Part shown: piece by piece, positions 44,153 through 56,852 of the stretch
Layout of the letters: every line of letters begins with the position of its first letter
How positions within the stretch are numbered: position 1 is the stretch's first letter
Origin: Salisapilia sapeloensis CBS 127946
Lineage: Eukaryota > Protista > Oomycota
DNA: 64,000 bases
Direction: 5' to 3'
Assembly: GCA_023334545.1 (NCBI GenBank)
Contig: JAADVB010000066.1
Coordinates: 14,299-78,298 of the forward strand
Translations under genes and position numbers: made by a program
The notes under the pieces: model-generated
Database searches by the model: none
What the model saw: only the letters and a program-made list of their open reading frames with translations
Told to the model about the DNA's origin: nothing

Positions 44153-46045
44153 TTAAATTTCGTTCTCATCATAAAAGTTCGAGCATAATGCATCCGGTAA
44201 TATTGTGGTGGAAAACTCCATCGAGTAGTAACATCGTTCGTGAAACTCAGTGCTATCATCCAACTCGCAATTTGTCATTAAACGGGTTTTCCTTCCACTT
44301 TCCTCGTACAGTTGGAGCAGGGAAATGGAGTCTAGTAGCCACCTAGGGACTGAATGAACTGTCGGTGAAGCGGAGTAGTGAGCAGTGAGCAAGTGTTTGG
44401 CTCTCTGTAAAGTTGTCAAACCTAAAGACTCCACTTCCAACTTTTGCTCTTTGCCATCTTCGATTAATCCCTTCCTTTCCTCAGGTAGCGAAATTAAGGC
44501 ACATATTGCTGATGCGCTCACCTCCAATAAAACAGCATGATCTGCATCGTTGCAAATGGAGAATAGTACTAATTGACCATCGATCTTTAATACTTCTTGC
44601 CGATTTGCCCTTGACCGAGATGTGACTGCAATACAATCACATAGCGCAATTATACTTTCCAGAACGATTCTGGAGTTGTCATCACGGAGCTTTTTCTTCG
44701 CTACTGATAGAGCATAGACGATGGCTGCAAGTCCATTCTGAGCAGCTATCCTCGTCTTATTCAACGGGTTACCATGACAGATTGCTGCTAGTGCCAATGC
44801 GGATGATTTGACGGCACACGAGTCGGATACTTCCACAAGCGTCTTCAAAAGGTTGGACATTCCTTCTCCATATCCGATTGATAATTGGTTGACGGAAGTA
44901 TATGCAAGATTTCCCAGTGCGCCTGCACAAACTGAAATAAGTGGTCCAACTTTATCGATTCGACCATCCTGTAGCGCCATAGCGAGTGCACCGTCACCCT
45001 CGGCAGCCATGACTTCACTGTGGTTGACAACATGATTAAACGTCAAGTTACACAGCAACTTGGCTGCTTCTGTTCGTACTCTGATATCACCACTTTTACG
45101 AACGAAGTCTACGCATGTTGGAAGGAAATGAAAGTTGGCAATTTGAGATCGCACAATTTCAGAATCTATTGAATACCAGTAAATAAACAATTACACCTTG
45201 CATATATACCAGAAATTAAATGTACCGTGTGAAAGGTTCACAAGAGCTGAAAGCGCATAAAGCTGAATGTCGTATCTGGATGGTATGAGTGGATCCGAAG
45301 TTTCAAGTGGATTCGTTTGCTGGGAATTCGATACAGGCTGGAGAAGTGCTATTAGAAACCTCACAGCACTCTTTGCAGACAGCACTCGTTTATTTACGGA
45401 AGACATGGCTAATGCTGCACATAAGCGAGATGCTTCAACGATCACGCGAGAGTTTGACGCTGACTCGAGTATCTGGACAAGCGGTGCAGCAACTCCACTT
45501 CCTATAATCTCTTCTCTTGTCTTAACTGCTGTTGCTAATGAGATTGGCTTATCTTCCAATCGAACATTGTACATTGCATCTTGTTCCTTTTGAATCCGCT
45601 TCAAGTCATATATAGCTATATGGGTTAGTGCTATTAACACTGACCCGGATACCAAGCTGCTCATATTCTCTCGTAAAAGATGAGCGAGGAATGGAAGGAC
45701 ACCGGCCTTGACCACTTGTGGTGCCATGTAAGCTGGTAGTAGAGCCAAGCTTTGAGCAAATTTTGCAAAAGCTTCATGATCGAGTGGTATGTGCGTCGGA
45801 CATTGATTATCTGGCAGTGTTGCAGAGCCCTGACATATATTTGTCTGCAGAAAAGAAAGCTGCCACAGTCTTTGAGCCTCCTTATCATGCTTCTCTTGCT
45901 TTAGTTCATCGTGAAGCTCTTTCATCAGCGTCTCCCAATGTCTACGTTCCTTCGTGACAGAATGTTGCTCACTGGCGATTAATTGGCGCTTGGTTGCTTC
46001 TAAGAGTTTTGCCTGACTGTCAGCTTGCACCTGAAGTCTATCCAT
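44153..46045 (-). CDS. Armadillo-repeat protein with an N-terminal coiled coil; 2 exons
   Basis: ARM repeats (AGVLPFLAHLL, GVAAPLVQIL, YALSALVNLS, AAKLLCNLT, AGALGNLA, NGLAAIVYAL). The two ORFs are joined by an intron near 45.2 kb. Confidence 0.8.
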
Positions 46046-46442
46046 TTGGCAAGAACAATCGCATTAGATTGAAAAAAATAACATATCTTTATAATTTTAT
46101 GTCATGCTCGACCTACTCGTGAATTTGCGATTCCAAGTCTCTAATTTGATGCAGTAGCTTTTGCTCGATTACATCCTTTTCCTGCTGGAGTTGTAGCACT
46201 TGTCTTGACAGCTCTAGTTCTTTGGGCGTTGGTACGTCCGGGTATGTCTACACGTAATTGCTGGTTACCATTAAATTCAACTTTAAATGACATGTAAGTC
46301 TAGAAGTTAATCACTCTACCGCTTCTTCAGGTCTCATGTCCTAGTTTGTGCTTAATGTTGGAACAAACATGTTCGTATTACTCTATTTATATCTGCACTC
46401 TAGATCACTCCATCTTTGATATCAATCCCAACCTCAGCTAAC

Positions 46443-48884
46443 ATGCAATCAAACCAGAAGGAACGCCGAGGTATTAGGTCGGATACTATGAGTGTCGATG
46501 GTGGATATTGGGACAATAGGGCTTCTTATGGACACTTCAGTCGACTGAAGCAAAAGCTTCCATCGTTGAACGACTACAAGCGACTTCCAACCAAATACGA
46601 TGCTGCTTGTGTTCCACCTGCACAAAGAATGACTCGGCCTAGCCGAAAGCATCGTGAGCGACCCAAAACGTTGCATCCAATTCCTCTTGTTCGAAGTCAA
46701 TCTACTGGTGAAAGCGTTATGTCAAACGAGGCGATACGTGCTCATGTATGTAAAAGCACCACAGCGCACAAGAAACTGACGGAACAGAATCTTTACGATG
46801 CTAGACTAAAAGAGGCAAGATTAGCGAAGTCAATGGACGATAAAGAAGAACATGATCTGAAGAAATGGCTAGTGCAATCAAGACACTTACTGGAAACGCT
46901 CATGGTACCTTCATTGTTAGTGTTCCAAATGTGAGTGATCTAATTTGTTGATTGCAGGCAATGAAAAAGGCTATAGAGGTATTTGAAATACAGGTAAGCC
47001 TGCACTGTTGCTATATACTTACAATCTGTCCTCACCAGTGTCTGTCCTATCTAGCGAGCGCGCTCGCTCAACGAAGTCGCAAAGCAGTACTCTGTTCGAA
47101 GTCTAGAGTTAAAGCTTGTCGGTCTAAAGAATTTGTACGTCATAGATATATAAGCAAAATTGGTCTTTTAAATTTATGTTGTGGCGTCGACGTTGTGAAG
47201 GGAGACCAATATCCGAGGGAAGTGTCATCGTATACTGACACAAATCCAGATCTTGCACAATGAAACTTCTGAACAACTGAAATTAATTGGGTCTCCAAAC
47301 AGAAATCAATGTGCTAGACGCAAGATCTCAGACGCTGAAGTTGTAGTTCATGATCTTTGTGGCCGAAAGCTATACTTTCGTGGAGTGCATGGAAAAGCAG
47401 TGGAATGTACAGCTACGTATAGTCACGAGCATACAGAACAATCTATGGAAGAGATTGATGAAAGAGATGATTTTATCTCAAGTTATATGGGCCGACAGAA
47501 GCTCTCGAACAAGATCAGAGTGAAGTTTACCTCTACCAGACCCGCCAAGCTTCATGTTTGCTCAATAGAAATGAAGAGTTGTCTATTTGGCATTGATAAC
47601 TTAGAAGCTAGTGATGGAATAATTGTTTCCATCTATGAACCGCAAACTTCCACCTTTGCGCAGATTCATATCGAGAGAACGCAACTTCTGTTGATTTCAC
47701 CACGAGTAGCTACATGGAATAAACTCGCAAAGGTGGGAAATGTACAAACTTGCACAGTCTGATTTCTAATTAAAGTGCGGGCTTTTTACGTTTATAGATT
47801 CATCGAACCGGTGCTGGTAGCGGAAATGACCATCTTGGAATAAAGCAAATAGCAAAATGCTTATCATGGACCAGAAGTAGCGATAAAACATCTTTACGGC
47901 TGCACTTTCCAGTAATCTATCGATCGTCAAAGATTTTTACGTATCGAAGCTACACATCTCTGTACGGATTTCTATCCGTACGCCCTATAGATGATGGTTA
48001 CAGTCTGAAGATTATCTTCCATGATATCCGAACAAGGATATCGATGAAGCTAGAACTCTCTCGTTCCTGGATTGAGAAACAGAATGTTAATTATGCGAGC
48101 ACCATGGCGGAACCAGTGCGTTCACCTCTATCTATTATCTACTGTAGTTACAATTCACCTTTTGACGGCATGCTCATAGGCTGATCGACAGAAGTTTATC
48201 AAGGATCTTACGTCCAAACTTTACGCCGAATACACGACGCTTGGGTTTGAATTATGCTATCCCAGCATGAAACCTAAAGGGAAGCCAGCCCAGCATCCAA
48301 AAGAGAAGTCGGTCATGGAGCGGCATCAGAAAGTTTTAACAGATGAGCGACAGCGTCTGGAACTCGTGCGCAAAACTTGCGTTCAGGAGGCTGCCAGCTT
48401 GGGCATACGACGAGTCGAGAAAGCTTACGAGTACTATCGACTTCAACAGCTACAGATGCAAGAACAAAAGCGACAGCAAGAACTATGTCTTCGCAAAAAC
48501 GCTGCTATTATTCGAATCCAATCCGTTCTACGTGGATGGCTTGCTGCTAAACGATTTCGAGCGGTGCTTGCAAAGAGAGCACACGATTTGCGAGGAAATC
48601 ATTTTCAGTACGCATGTCAAATTAATGGCACACACTTGCTTTTAAGTATTCGATTCAACCATGGCAATGGCAATGTATCAATTGCAGCATGCCATCCGAC
48701 TGCGAACGCATCTGCTCGATTAGACATCCCCAAACATCAAATCAGCCAACCCTTGACGAACGCAAGTCGACGAGCAATATGCGATAACCTGGTGCATCAC
48801 CATCTCGATGTCTTTCGCTCGGACGAGAACAATATCCTTGTGCTCGGCTTCATTGACCCGTTCAAGAAGCTACAGCTATCCTAG
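46443..48884 (+). CDS. Multi-exon IQ-motif protein of unknown function
   Basis: Successive plus-strand exons; IQ motif AIIRIQSVLRGWLAAKRF preceded by a coiled coil. The gene model is uncertain and may represent more than one gene. Confidence 0.55.
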
Positions 48885-48990
48885 ATCGTACTTATACCCG
48901 CCACTTTTATAGCTTCTAGAAAAAGAAATATTACCTTAACGTGCGCATTTGATTGGATAATAAAACCACGTCATAAATTCTTCAGAGAAA

Positions 48991-49953
48991 ATGATGGAAG
49001 GAGGTACGGATGATGTCGTCGCTAGAATCCTACGCGTGCCCATCCACACGCGCGTTCTCATCGTCAGCAGCCTCATTCTAGCCGTTGGATTGACCCTCGG
49101 TCTTGCTTTAAATGCAAATGCTCACATTCCTCAGCCATGGAACCGTCTGTCCAGTATCATCGGATGGATCTACTTTTGCTGCTGGAGTGTCTCCTTCTAC
49201 CCACAGATCTTCCTCAATTACGCTCGTAAAAGCGTAGCTGGGTTCTCACTGGACTATGCGATGCTCAACTTCCTCGGATTCCTTTGTTACTCCATTTTCA
49301 ATTGTGCATTCTACTTTAGCGAAACCGTCCAGAAGGAGTACATGCGCCATCATGGTGGCAATCCGAACGCAGTCGAAGCGAATGACGTTGTCTTCTCTCT
49401 TCATGCCGCATTGTTAATCGCACTTACACTCTTCCAATGTGCCATCTACCCACGAAATGGACAAACGATCAGTCGAGCGACAAAATTTTGGAGTATTGGC
49501 TCCATCGTCGTCGGTGTCATCTTCGGACTGATCGTAGCTTTTACCCCAGCACCGGATAATCTGGAAGATCGTGACAAAGATGCTATCTTTACGACGCTCA
49601 ATTTGCTTTATTACCTTAGCTACATCAAATTGCTCACGACTCTGGTGAAGTGTCTTCCGCAAATCGCACTCAACTACCATCGCAAGTCGACTGTCGGATG
49701 GACAATCTGGAACGTCCTGTTGGATATTGCTGGTGGACTCTTATCCGTCGGTCAGCAAGTACTGGACAGCGCTGCGACGAATGACTGGACGGCCATTACA
49801 GGAGACCCTGTCAAGTTCGGACTGGGCTTTGTCAGTATCATCGTCGACATTGTGTTCATCTTGCAGCACTATGTGTTATATGCGGAAAACAACAAGTACG
49901 TGGAAGAAGCAGAGGAAACGCAGACGTTGTTACCAAAGACACAGAAGGCTTAG
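48991..49953 (+). CDS. CTNS: Cystinosin (PQ-loop lysosomal cystine transporter)
   Basis: IGWIYFCCWSVSFYPQ, SVAGFSLDYAMLN, NDVVFSLHA, KCLPQIALNYHRKSTVGWTIWNVLLDIAGG, GDPVKFGLG, QHYVLY. Confidence 0.97.
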   Translation: MMEGGTDDVVARILRVPIHTRVLIVSSLILAVGLTLGLALNANAHIPQPWNRLSSIIGWIYFCCWSVSFYPQIFLNYARKSVAGFSLDYAMLNFLGFLCYSIFNCAFYFSETVQKEYMRHHGGNPNAVEANDVVFSLHAALLIALTLFQCAIYPRNGQTISRATKFWSIGSIVVGVIFGLIVAFTPAPDNLEDRDKDAIFTTLNLLYYLSYIKLLTTLVKCLPQIALNYHRKSTVGWTIWNVLLDIAGGLLSVGQQVLDSAATNDWTAITGDPVKFGLGFVSIIVDIVFILQHYVLYAENNKYVEEAEETQTLLPKTQKA

Positions 49954-50117
49954 AGAATATAAAGCGTGGTACCTGCGACTTGCACCCGTTTAACAAGTTA
50001 AAAATGCAGGATGACGCTCTCACCTACCAGAAAAATCGCTTCTTTAATCACATCGCTATCCGTTTCCTCCGATCTATTTATTACTACGCTCCTTTTCGAC
50101 TAACATATCAAAAGAAA

Positions 50118-53100
50118 ATGGAGTCGGCTCCGCGACGTAAACGACGTCGACTTCAGAAAGATGCGACGAGAAGCAGCACATCACCTCACAATTGGCAACT
50201 ACCTTCATTACCTCCATCTGCGGAGAATAACAATCCACAGGTACACGATTTTACCTAGAAAAGTGTGCTCGAAGGTAACGTGATGGCTACAGCAAGAGCT
50301 CTTGAGTGCACATACGCTGGCATTTAAAAAGACGTTGCTACCGTATCTTGATCAGATCGAATATATCAACTGCCAGCTTCGGTAATGGACTCGCTCGATA
50401 GATTGAAACGTGGTGTGTGCATGTACTTAGCATCGTTTGGATAGAGATCGTGGTTTGCTTGGGCATGATGGTACCGTGTTACAAGAACAGAATGTAGCGA
50501 AAACTTCGTTGTCAGAGTCGCTTACAACTAGTGATCCTCGGGCATCCACAGCTGCATCTCCGTGGAGCCGAAACGATGCCAGTACCTTGCAATTGCCGAC
50601 ACAAGTGCTCCAGAGAAAGTATCCAAGGCTTTGCGAGCAGCTACCAAATATGCACGCTCTAGTACCGCGTGATCGGTCTCTTCACTGGACAGCCAAATGG
50701 CCAGACTTGTTGTACGATGCATTCACAGAGTCGGTCGTGAGAGACATGATCGAATGCAACTCATCGACTCCAGCTTCTGATACGCCACTGCCGTACTTTA
50801 CACACCAGTACATCACCCGCTTTGTAGGCCAACCTGACGTCGGAGACCAATACTGTGTCGACTTTATCTACAATCTTGAACGTTGGCGACAAACGCTTCT
50901 ACGACTGCAAGTATTCGCTGATTTTGTAAGCGAAGTGATGGTCGAAGACGCTTTGCTCCTCTTTGTCGTAGCGAGAAAAGTGCTAGAGGAAGAGATGAGG
51001 GTACGTCTTTCGTCCAAGAATAAAGTCTCTAGATCATCTACCAAAGGTGGGGGCAAAGCATTTGTAGAGACCAATTTATACAAGGTAGTACTTGATCCTG
51101 TCTTTGTCGATGGCACCGTAAAGCAAGTGTTGCTATCACCGATTGCATGCAAAAGGATCCTATCAAGTATATTTTCGTATACAGTTTCTACTCGTAGTCT
51201 ACACATGGAAACTGCTGATGTAAATGGAGTCGTGAAGCATGTCAATGACTACATTTGGAAGAAAGTATATGCGTCAGAGGATTCAGCAGATTGCTATATT
51301 TCCACTGATAATTTTCTCCATGCAATTGTTAATCTATACGACGACATCCCAGAAGAAATCATCGCCGAGTTTAAGTACAACGACGATGGTAATGTTGTCG
51401 CTTTAATACTATACTGATAAGCTTTGCGAATGACTAGTGCTCATGAATGTACGTAGTGGAGCATCTAAACTCTCTCGACAAGCTACGAGAAGCATCCAAT
51501 GATGAAAAGGATATCAATAAATGGAAAGAAGAGTACGAATTACAGGGAAATGTCGTCCGACGTCTACATGCAGAGCTAAAACGATTAGAGCGATGGAATG
51601 ATGACAACCAAAATCGAGCACAGATTATCATTGTAAAGTCAAAGCTCTTCCAGGAAGACCAAACTCTGCAAGATTTAGCTAGGAACATTTCCAGCGCTCA
51701 GACGTCTGTAGATGCCAACTGGCACTCATTCCTTCAAGATGGACAGCCTAGCGGTGTCAAGTTAAGTAAGGTGGGTTCTGCTGTCAATGCGCTTTTCAAG
51801 TTTGCCTCACGCCTCAAGGCGAAGCACGATCTACACATCAAGGCTGCAAAAGCGCTTGCTAACCCATGGCGAAAGCAGCTTGAAGATTTAAAGCTACGGA
51901 TGGTCATTCGAATCCAGCGAACGTATCGAGCACGTCGAGAAGCTCGCAAGAAGGGTATGTATGCTCGGGAAGAATTGAGTAGTAGAGCACGTTCGCGGGA
52001 ACAAGTGCGAAAGAAAGAAATACTTGATGCTCAACGACTTCAAGCTAAACAAGAAGCAGAACAAGCTCGTCATCGTGATCGAATGGTGCGTCAAAGGCTG
52101 CAGGAAGAGGAACGGGTTGCATCTCGAGAGCGACAGCAAAAGATACTTTTGAAACAGAGTCGTGAAAAGAAAGTTAGGACACGAGTAAAGTTACATGAGC
52201 AATCGCTACAGAGCAACATGCTAAAGTCCTGGAAGTTGTTTGTTCAACTCCAAAAGAAAAAGATACAAGCTCTTTGGCTGTTTTACAAGATAATCCTGAG
52301 TAAGTGGAAGAGGGCTCATTGTCAATGGATGATGGAACGAAACGCAGTTCGAGTAATCTATCGGTCCTTCGCAAAGTATCGTGACAGATGTCAGCTACTT
52401 CGCATACTGGAGCTAAAAGCACAGCAACGTGACCTAGCACGCAAGTACCTCCGGAAGCTGGAACAACGACGATTTGTAGTGGTATTTAATCAATGGATTG
52501 GCTATACGACGAGACAAGTATACTTAAGGAGAAGACTAGGAGAACTGTTATTGCATCGGAAGGCATCATGGTTCCACATGTGGTTCCGTTCTGTAGTGTA
52601 CTGGAAAGAAAGAAAAGAAGAGAGTGCAATGCTGATTCAATGTGTGTATCGGCAACGGCTTGCAAGAAAGGTGCTTCAGCTACAACGACTTCGCAGGTGT
52701 GCAGCTATAGATATACAGCGAGTATATCGTGGAAACCAAGCTCGCCACATTATGGATATTCGGCGAAGACTGTGGCAGCACCAAAGCAAAGAAGTGGAAG
52801 TCCTTCGTAATCGAATAAGGCATCGAACAGCTCTTAGGTGTTTGAAAAAGTTATCGCTCTATATGGAAAGAGGTAGTCGTATACGTCGCACGGGAAAGCA
52901 TTTGTGCAATCTTAAAGCCCATCGGTTCGTTACGAAGTTATCTACACTTGCTATTAAGAGAAAAGCAAGACGTGCTGCAATTGAAAAGCAACGTAACATG
53001 GCTGCGACTTGCATCCAGAAACATTTTCGGTGTCATTTGTGTAAGTCTCGATTCCAGCAAGTTCTCAAGGAAAACCGTGCTGCTAAAACAATACAACGAG

Positions 53101-56100
53101 CCCACCGAGCCTACCAGAATTACAAGTTTGTATTAAAATTTCGTGCACAGCGAGCATCTGCACTGTGCATTCAATGCTTTTGGCGAAAGACGAAGGCGAT
53201 TCGAGTCGTTCATTCTAGACGAGCACAATACACCCTGGAGCATATGTATAAAGGTGACTATAGTGCCACTCAGAAAGCCATTTATGATGGTAAGTTGTCA
53301 ATTTTGGATGATTTTGGAAACGGCATGCTGCATTGGGCATGTGCTGGTGGCCACAAACGTGTCGTGAAACTATGTCTGCGTCATGGTATGGATATAAATG
53401 CCGTGAACAAGAGAGGAGAAACTCCTTTGCATCTTCTTATCTCTTACACGAATGCCCAAAGTTACAAAGCTGAACAAATCCAAGAGCGTATAAATTTGAC
53501 TGCTTATATGATTGATCATGGTGCATGGCATGAAGCACCTGATATCGACGGACTGACACCATTGTTGGTTAGCGTCCAGACAGGTTGTGTTGAAGCTGTA
53601 GAACTTCTTCTTGATCGATCAGCCAACACGGATGCCAGGTCTTTGGAAAACAAGAGCGCGATCCAAATTGCAATGGATTTCGATCAGCCAGAAGTTTTGA
53701 ATGTGCTTCTTGCATCAGGATCTTTCCTTTCCGAGAATCACGTGGAAGACATTATGGTATCACTGCATGTATGTGCTAAGCATGGACTGCTGATGTGCTT
53801 GTCAGTTCTTCTGGAATACATTATGACCAACCATACCAGCTTCCCATCAAATCCTCTCGAGAAGCTTGATGTAGATGGCTATACACCTATACTATGCGCA
53901 GTCTGTAGCGGTCATCTCGATATCACGAAGCTTTTATTGGATCACGGAGTTTGTGTTGATCAGGTAGATTACCATTACGGTCGATCACCATTGCATTATG
54001 CCGTTGCGCTTCCATCCAAGGAGCAAAGTTGGCAGCTCATTTCCCTCTTAATCAATTACGATGCCAATCTGAACGCTCAGGATACTAATCGTGACACTCC
54101 ACTGCATCTAAGTTGCATCGACGATAAGTGGCTTTCGATTACAGAGCTATTAGTACAAAATGGAGCTGCTATTTCATCTAATTATGATGGAGACCAACCA
54201 ACTCATATTGCAGCAGCTTCAGGTGCTGTGGAAACGCTGAAGCTGCTTATCGCATACGGAGGTGATATCAACCTGAAAAATTACAAAGGACAAACACCTC
54301 TTGGTGCTGCTAGGTTCGGGGGTCAAAAGGCAGTAGTCGAGTATATCATGGAGGCATTTGCTGAGGATCCACCTGACATCAAGTCGGATCTTCTATTTGC
54401 TAAAGATACGGCTACGAAGAAGGATACAGTAAGAGAAGATAAAGATATAGAGTTAAGCGTGCCTAACGAACTTGGCGAAGAGAGTAAAGATGATGGTCTG
54501 CCTGTACGAACGGAAGCCGAGTGGGAGGAAGCTGTTTCAAGAGGGTTCAAAATGGGGACTATTGGACATTGGACACAATACATTGATCGGAGTCGTGGTA
54601 TTCCATTCTATGTCGGGTTTGAAAAGTACTTGTTCGAGGTTGCAGGTGCGCTGCAACATACGTGGAATACTCCAGTCGAATTCATAGCTGCCCTTGGTAA
54701 TCGCTGGCAACTCATGAGAGCTGGTGGCCCCAGTGTCGGTCATAAGAAAGTTACGCCACAGATCGACGTAGCGGAGGTAAACGATGCTCGAGATGAAGAC
54801 ACACTGCCTGATAAAAGCCATGAAATGATGTTTTATTACTACAATCGCATCACCGGTGAGATTCGTTCGACAGTACCTCCTGTAAGCTTGGATGAACTCC
54901 AGAGGGCGATTCATGAGCTACATCAAAGGAAACAATTGAGAGCGCGTGTACGGCCTAGCTCGAAAGAAGAGGCTGAAGGAGCAAGTAGTGGCTCTCTTAT
55001 GGAGTACTCGAAATTCTATCAAGATTTTGAGGATGAAGTAAGAGAGGAACGTGCGAACTGGACTTCTGCTATAAAGATCCAACGACATTATCGAGCAAGA
55101 CGTACATTTGTTCTCGTCCGGTCTTTGCTTGTACAGAATCGATGTGCAATCGATTTACAACGAGCTTTCCGAGGCAGAAAGGCACGTCAGGTAGCAGATT
55201 GGAGACGATATGAAATCGCTTGTGCTAGACGTATTCAAGCATTATGGCAAGGGTATGAAGCTCGAAAGAGAGAACGAGAAGGATTGCATGCATCTCGAGT
55301 CGAGCAGCGCAAGCGACGACGCGCTTGTGCATTTATACAGCGAGTCTTCCGTGGCTATCGCGGTCGCAAGATGTACTATCGCGAGGCGAGTATCGTGAAA
55401 CTCGGTCATATGGATTACTTTGCTTGGGAAGCACTTCGGAAACGATCAAATTTCAAGCGTTCATTTCGTATTTGGGACGAGATGGATCCAATACAAGATT
55501 TCCCTGGCGTTCTATTCTACTCCCATCAGCTTACGCATGCCTGTACTTGGGACCAACCATCGGAATGGCAAGCGGCAGATCGTAAGGCCTTCGAAGACCG
55601 TTGTCAAGTGGCCAAGCTTGGCTATACGACGGCAATGAATAACTCTGCCATTTACCTCCAGAGTTTGTGGAAAACGCGATCGGCTAGAAAAGCATTCAAC
55701 TTTGTTATGAAAGCCGTGCGGTTGATGCGTACTTGTGAAGAAGATTATTTGGAAGACCCGACTAGTCTGGTCAAGATGGCCAACTACGTCCTATACCTTC
55801 ACACAATCACGCATGACTACGAGCGAGCACGGCCTCTTTATGCTAAATTGATGAGCGTGATGGTTCATCGTGGACCGGATATACCGTTTATCTTGTTCAG
55901 CTATGCCATCTACCTCGCCGTCACCCGTGAAGACGACTTTGATGTTGTTGAAGAGATGATCTATCGAGCGAAAGCAAAGGATCCACATGCAACATGCTTC
56001 GAAATGGCGCACGTCGGTTTCTTTAAGCAGTCTCTCTTGCATAATCCAGAGGACTGTGAAAGTCATCTTAACTATGCTGCTTGCATGCAGTGGGTGTATG

Positions 56101-56768
56101 GTAACTTGGACGAAGCTTCTGAGCATTACGTACGTGCTATATACGCGGACGGTCATCGGGAGGGCGCGATGGATCTGTTCCAAAACCTCTTGTCACAGAA
56201 GAAGCTTCTTGATCGACAAGGTATGAAACTTGACGAGATGGATAAAGCGTGGGAATCCAACTATGACGGGTATGAAGTCTTCCGACGATGGCAACTGGAG
56301 AAAGCTGCACATGAAGACAAAGTCCGGAGGGAAGAGTTGGAACGAATTCAGTCGGAGCAGGAGCGATGGCAGGCAGCAGTAAAGATCCAAGCTCGATATC
56401 GCCGCCGTCGGGCGATGTGGACGATGAATAAGATGAAGAACGAAAGGCAAGTCAGCGTTGCAATGCTAGAGCTCGCCCATGAGAAGAAGGTGTACGACGA
56501 CATTCAGCAAGTGTTTAACGACATTGCAGCATCCAAACGCTGGTTCGGCTCTAAGAAAAGCACCACACTTAGTCTTCCAATCTCTAAGCTCGAGATCATC
56601 TTTGACAAACTCCAGATCTCACCTGATGAAAAGAGCGATACGATCAAAAGATTCCACGCAGAGTACCCTGACTTAAAAAACGTTAATGTGATGGATATCT
56701 ACCACTTCCTTCATCGTCAAACAAAGGCAGAGGATATAGCGACGACCATCAAATCTTCGCAGAAATAA
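50118..56768 (+). CDS. Very large scaffold protein: coiled coil, many IQ motifs, ankyrin repeats, WW-like domains and TPR-like helices
   Basis: A short first exon at 50118, the exon in ORF 50437-51417 and the 1773-aa ORF join through GT-AG introns (NDD-G/VEHL). About 12-13 IQ-like motifs; ankyrin repeats (GNGMLHWAC, GETPLHL, GLTPLL, GYTPIL, GRSPLHYA, GDQPTHIAA, GQTPL); WW-like WTQYID..PFY..TWNTP and FYSHQLTHACTWDQP. Confidence 0.8.
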
Positions 56769-56852
56769 ATTTTAAATGAACACACGATCTTTGAATTCAT
56801 AAAAAGGTGTACTTATATACTTTACTGCGTAGAAAGAAAAAATGAGATCGAG

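Noticed and set aside
10622-56768. Apparent enrichment of Ca2+-related genes (EF-hand and IQ proteins)
   Set aside because: These motifs are common in oomycete proteomes and the genes are interspersed with housekeeping genes. Enrichment cannot be shown without genome-wide counts.
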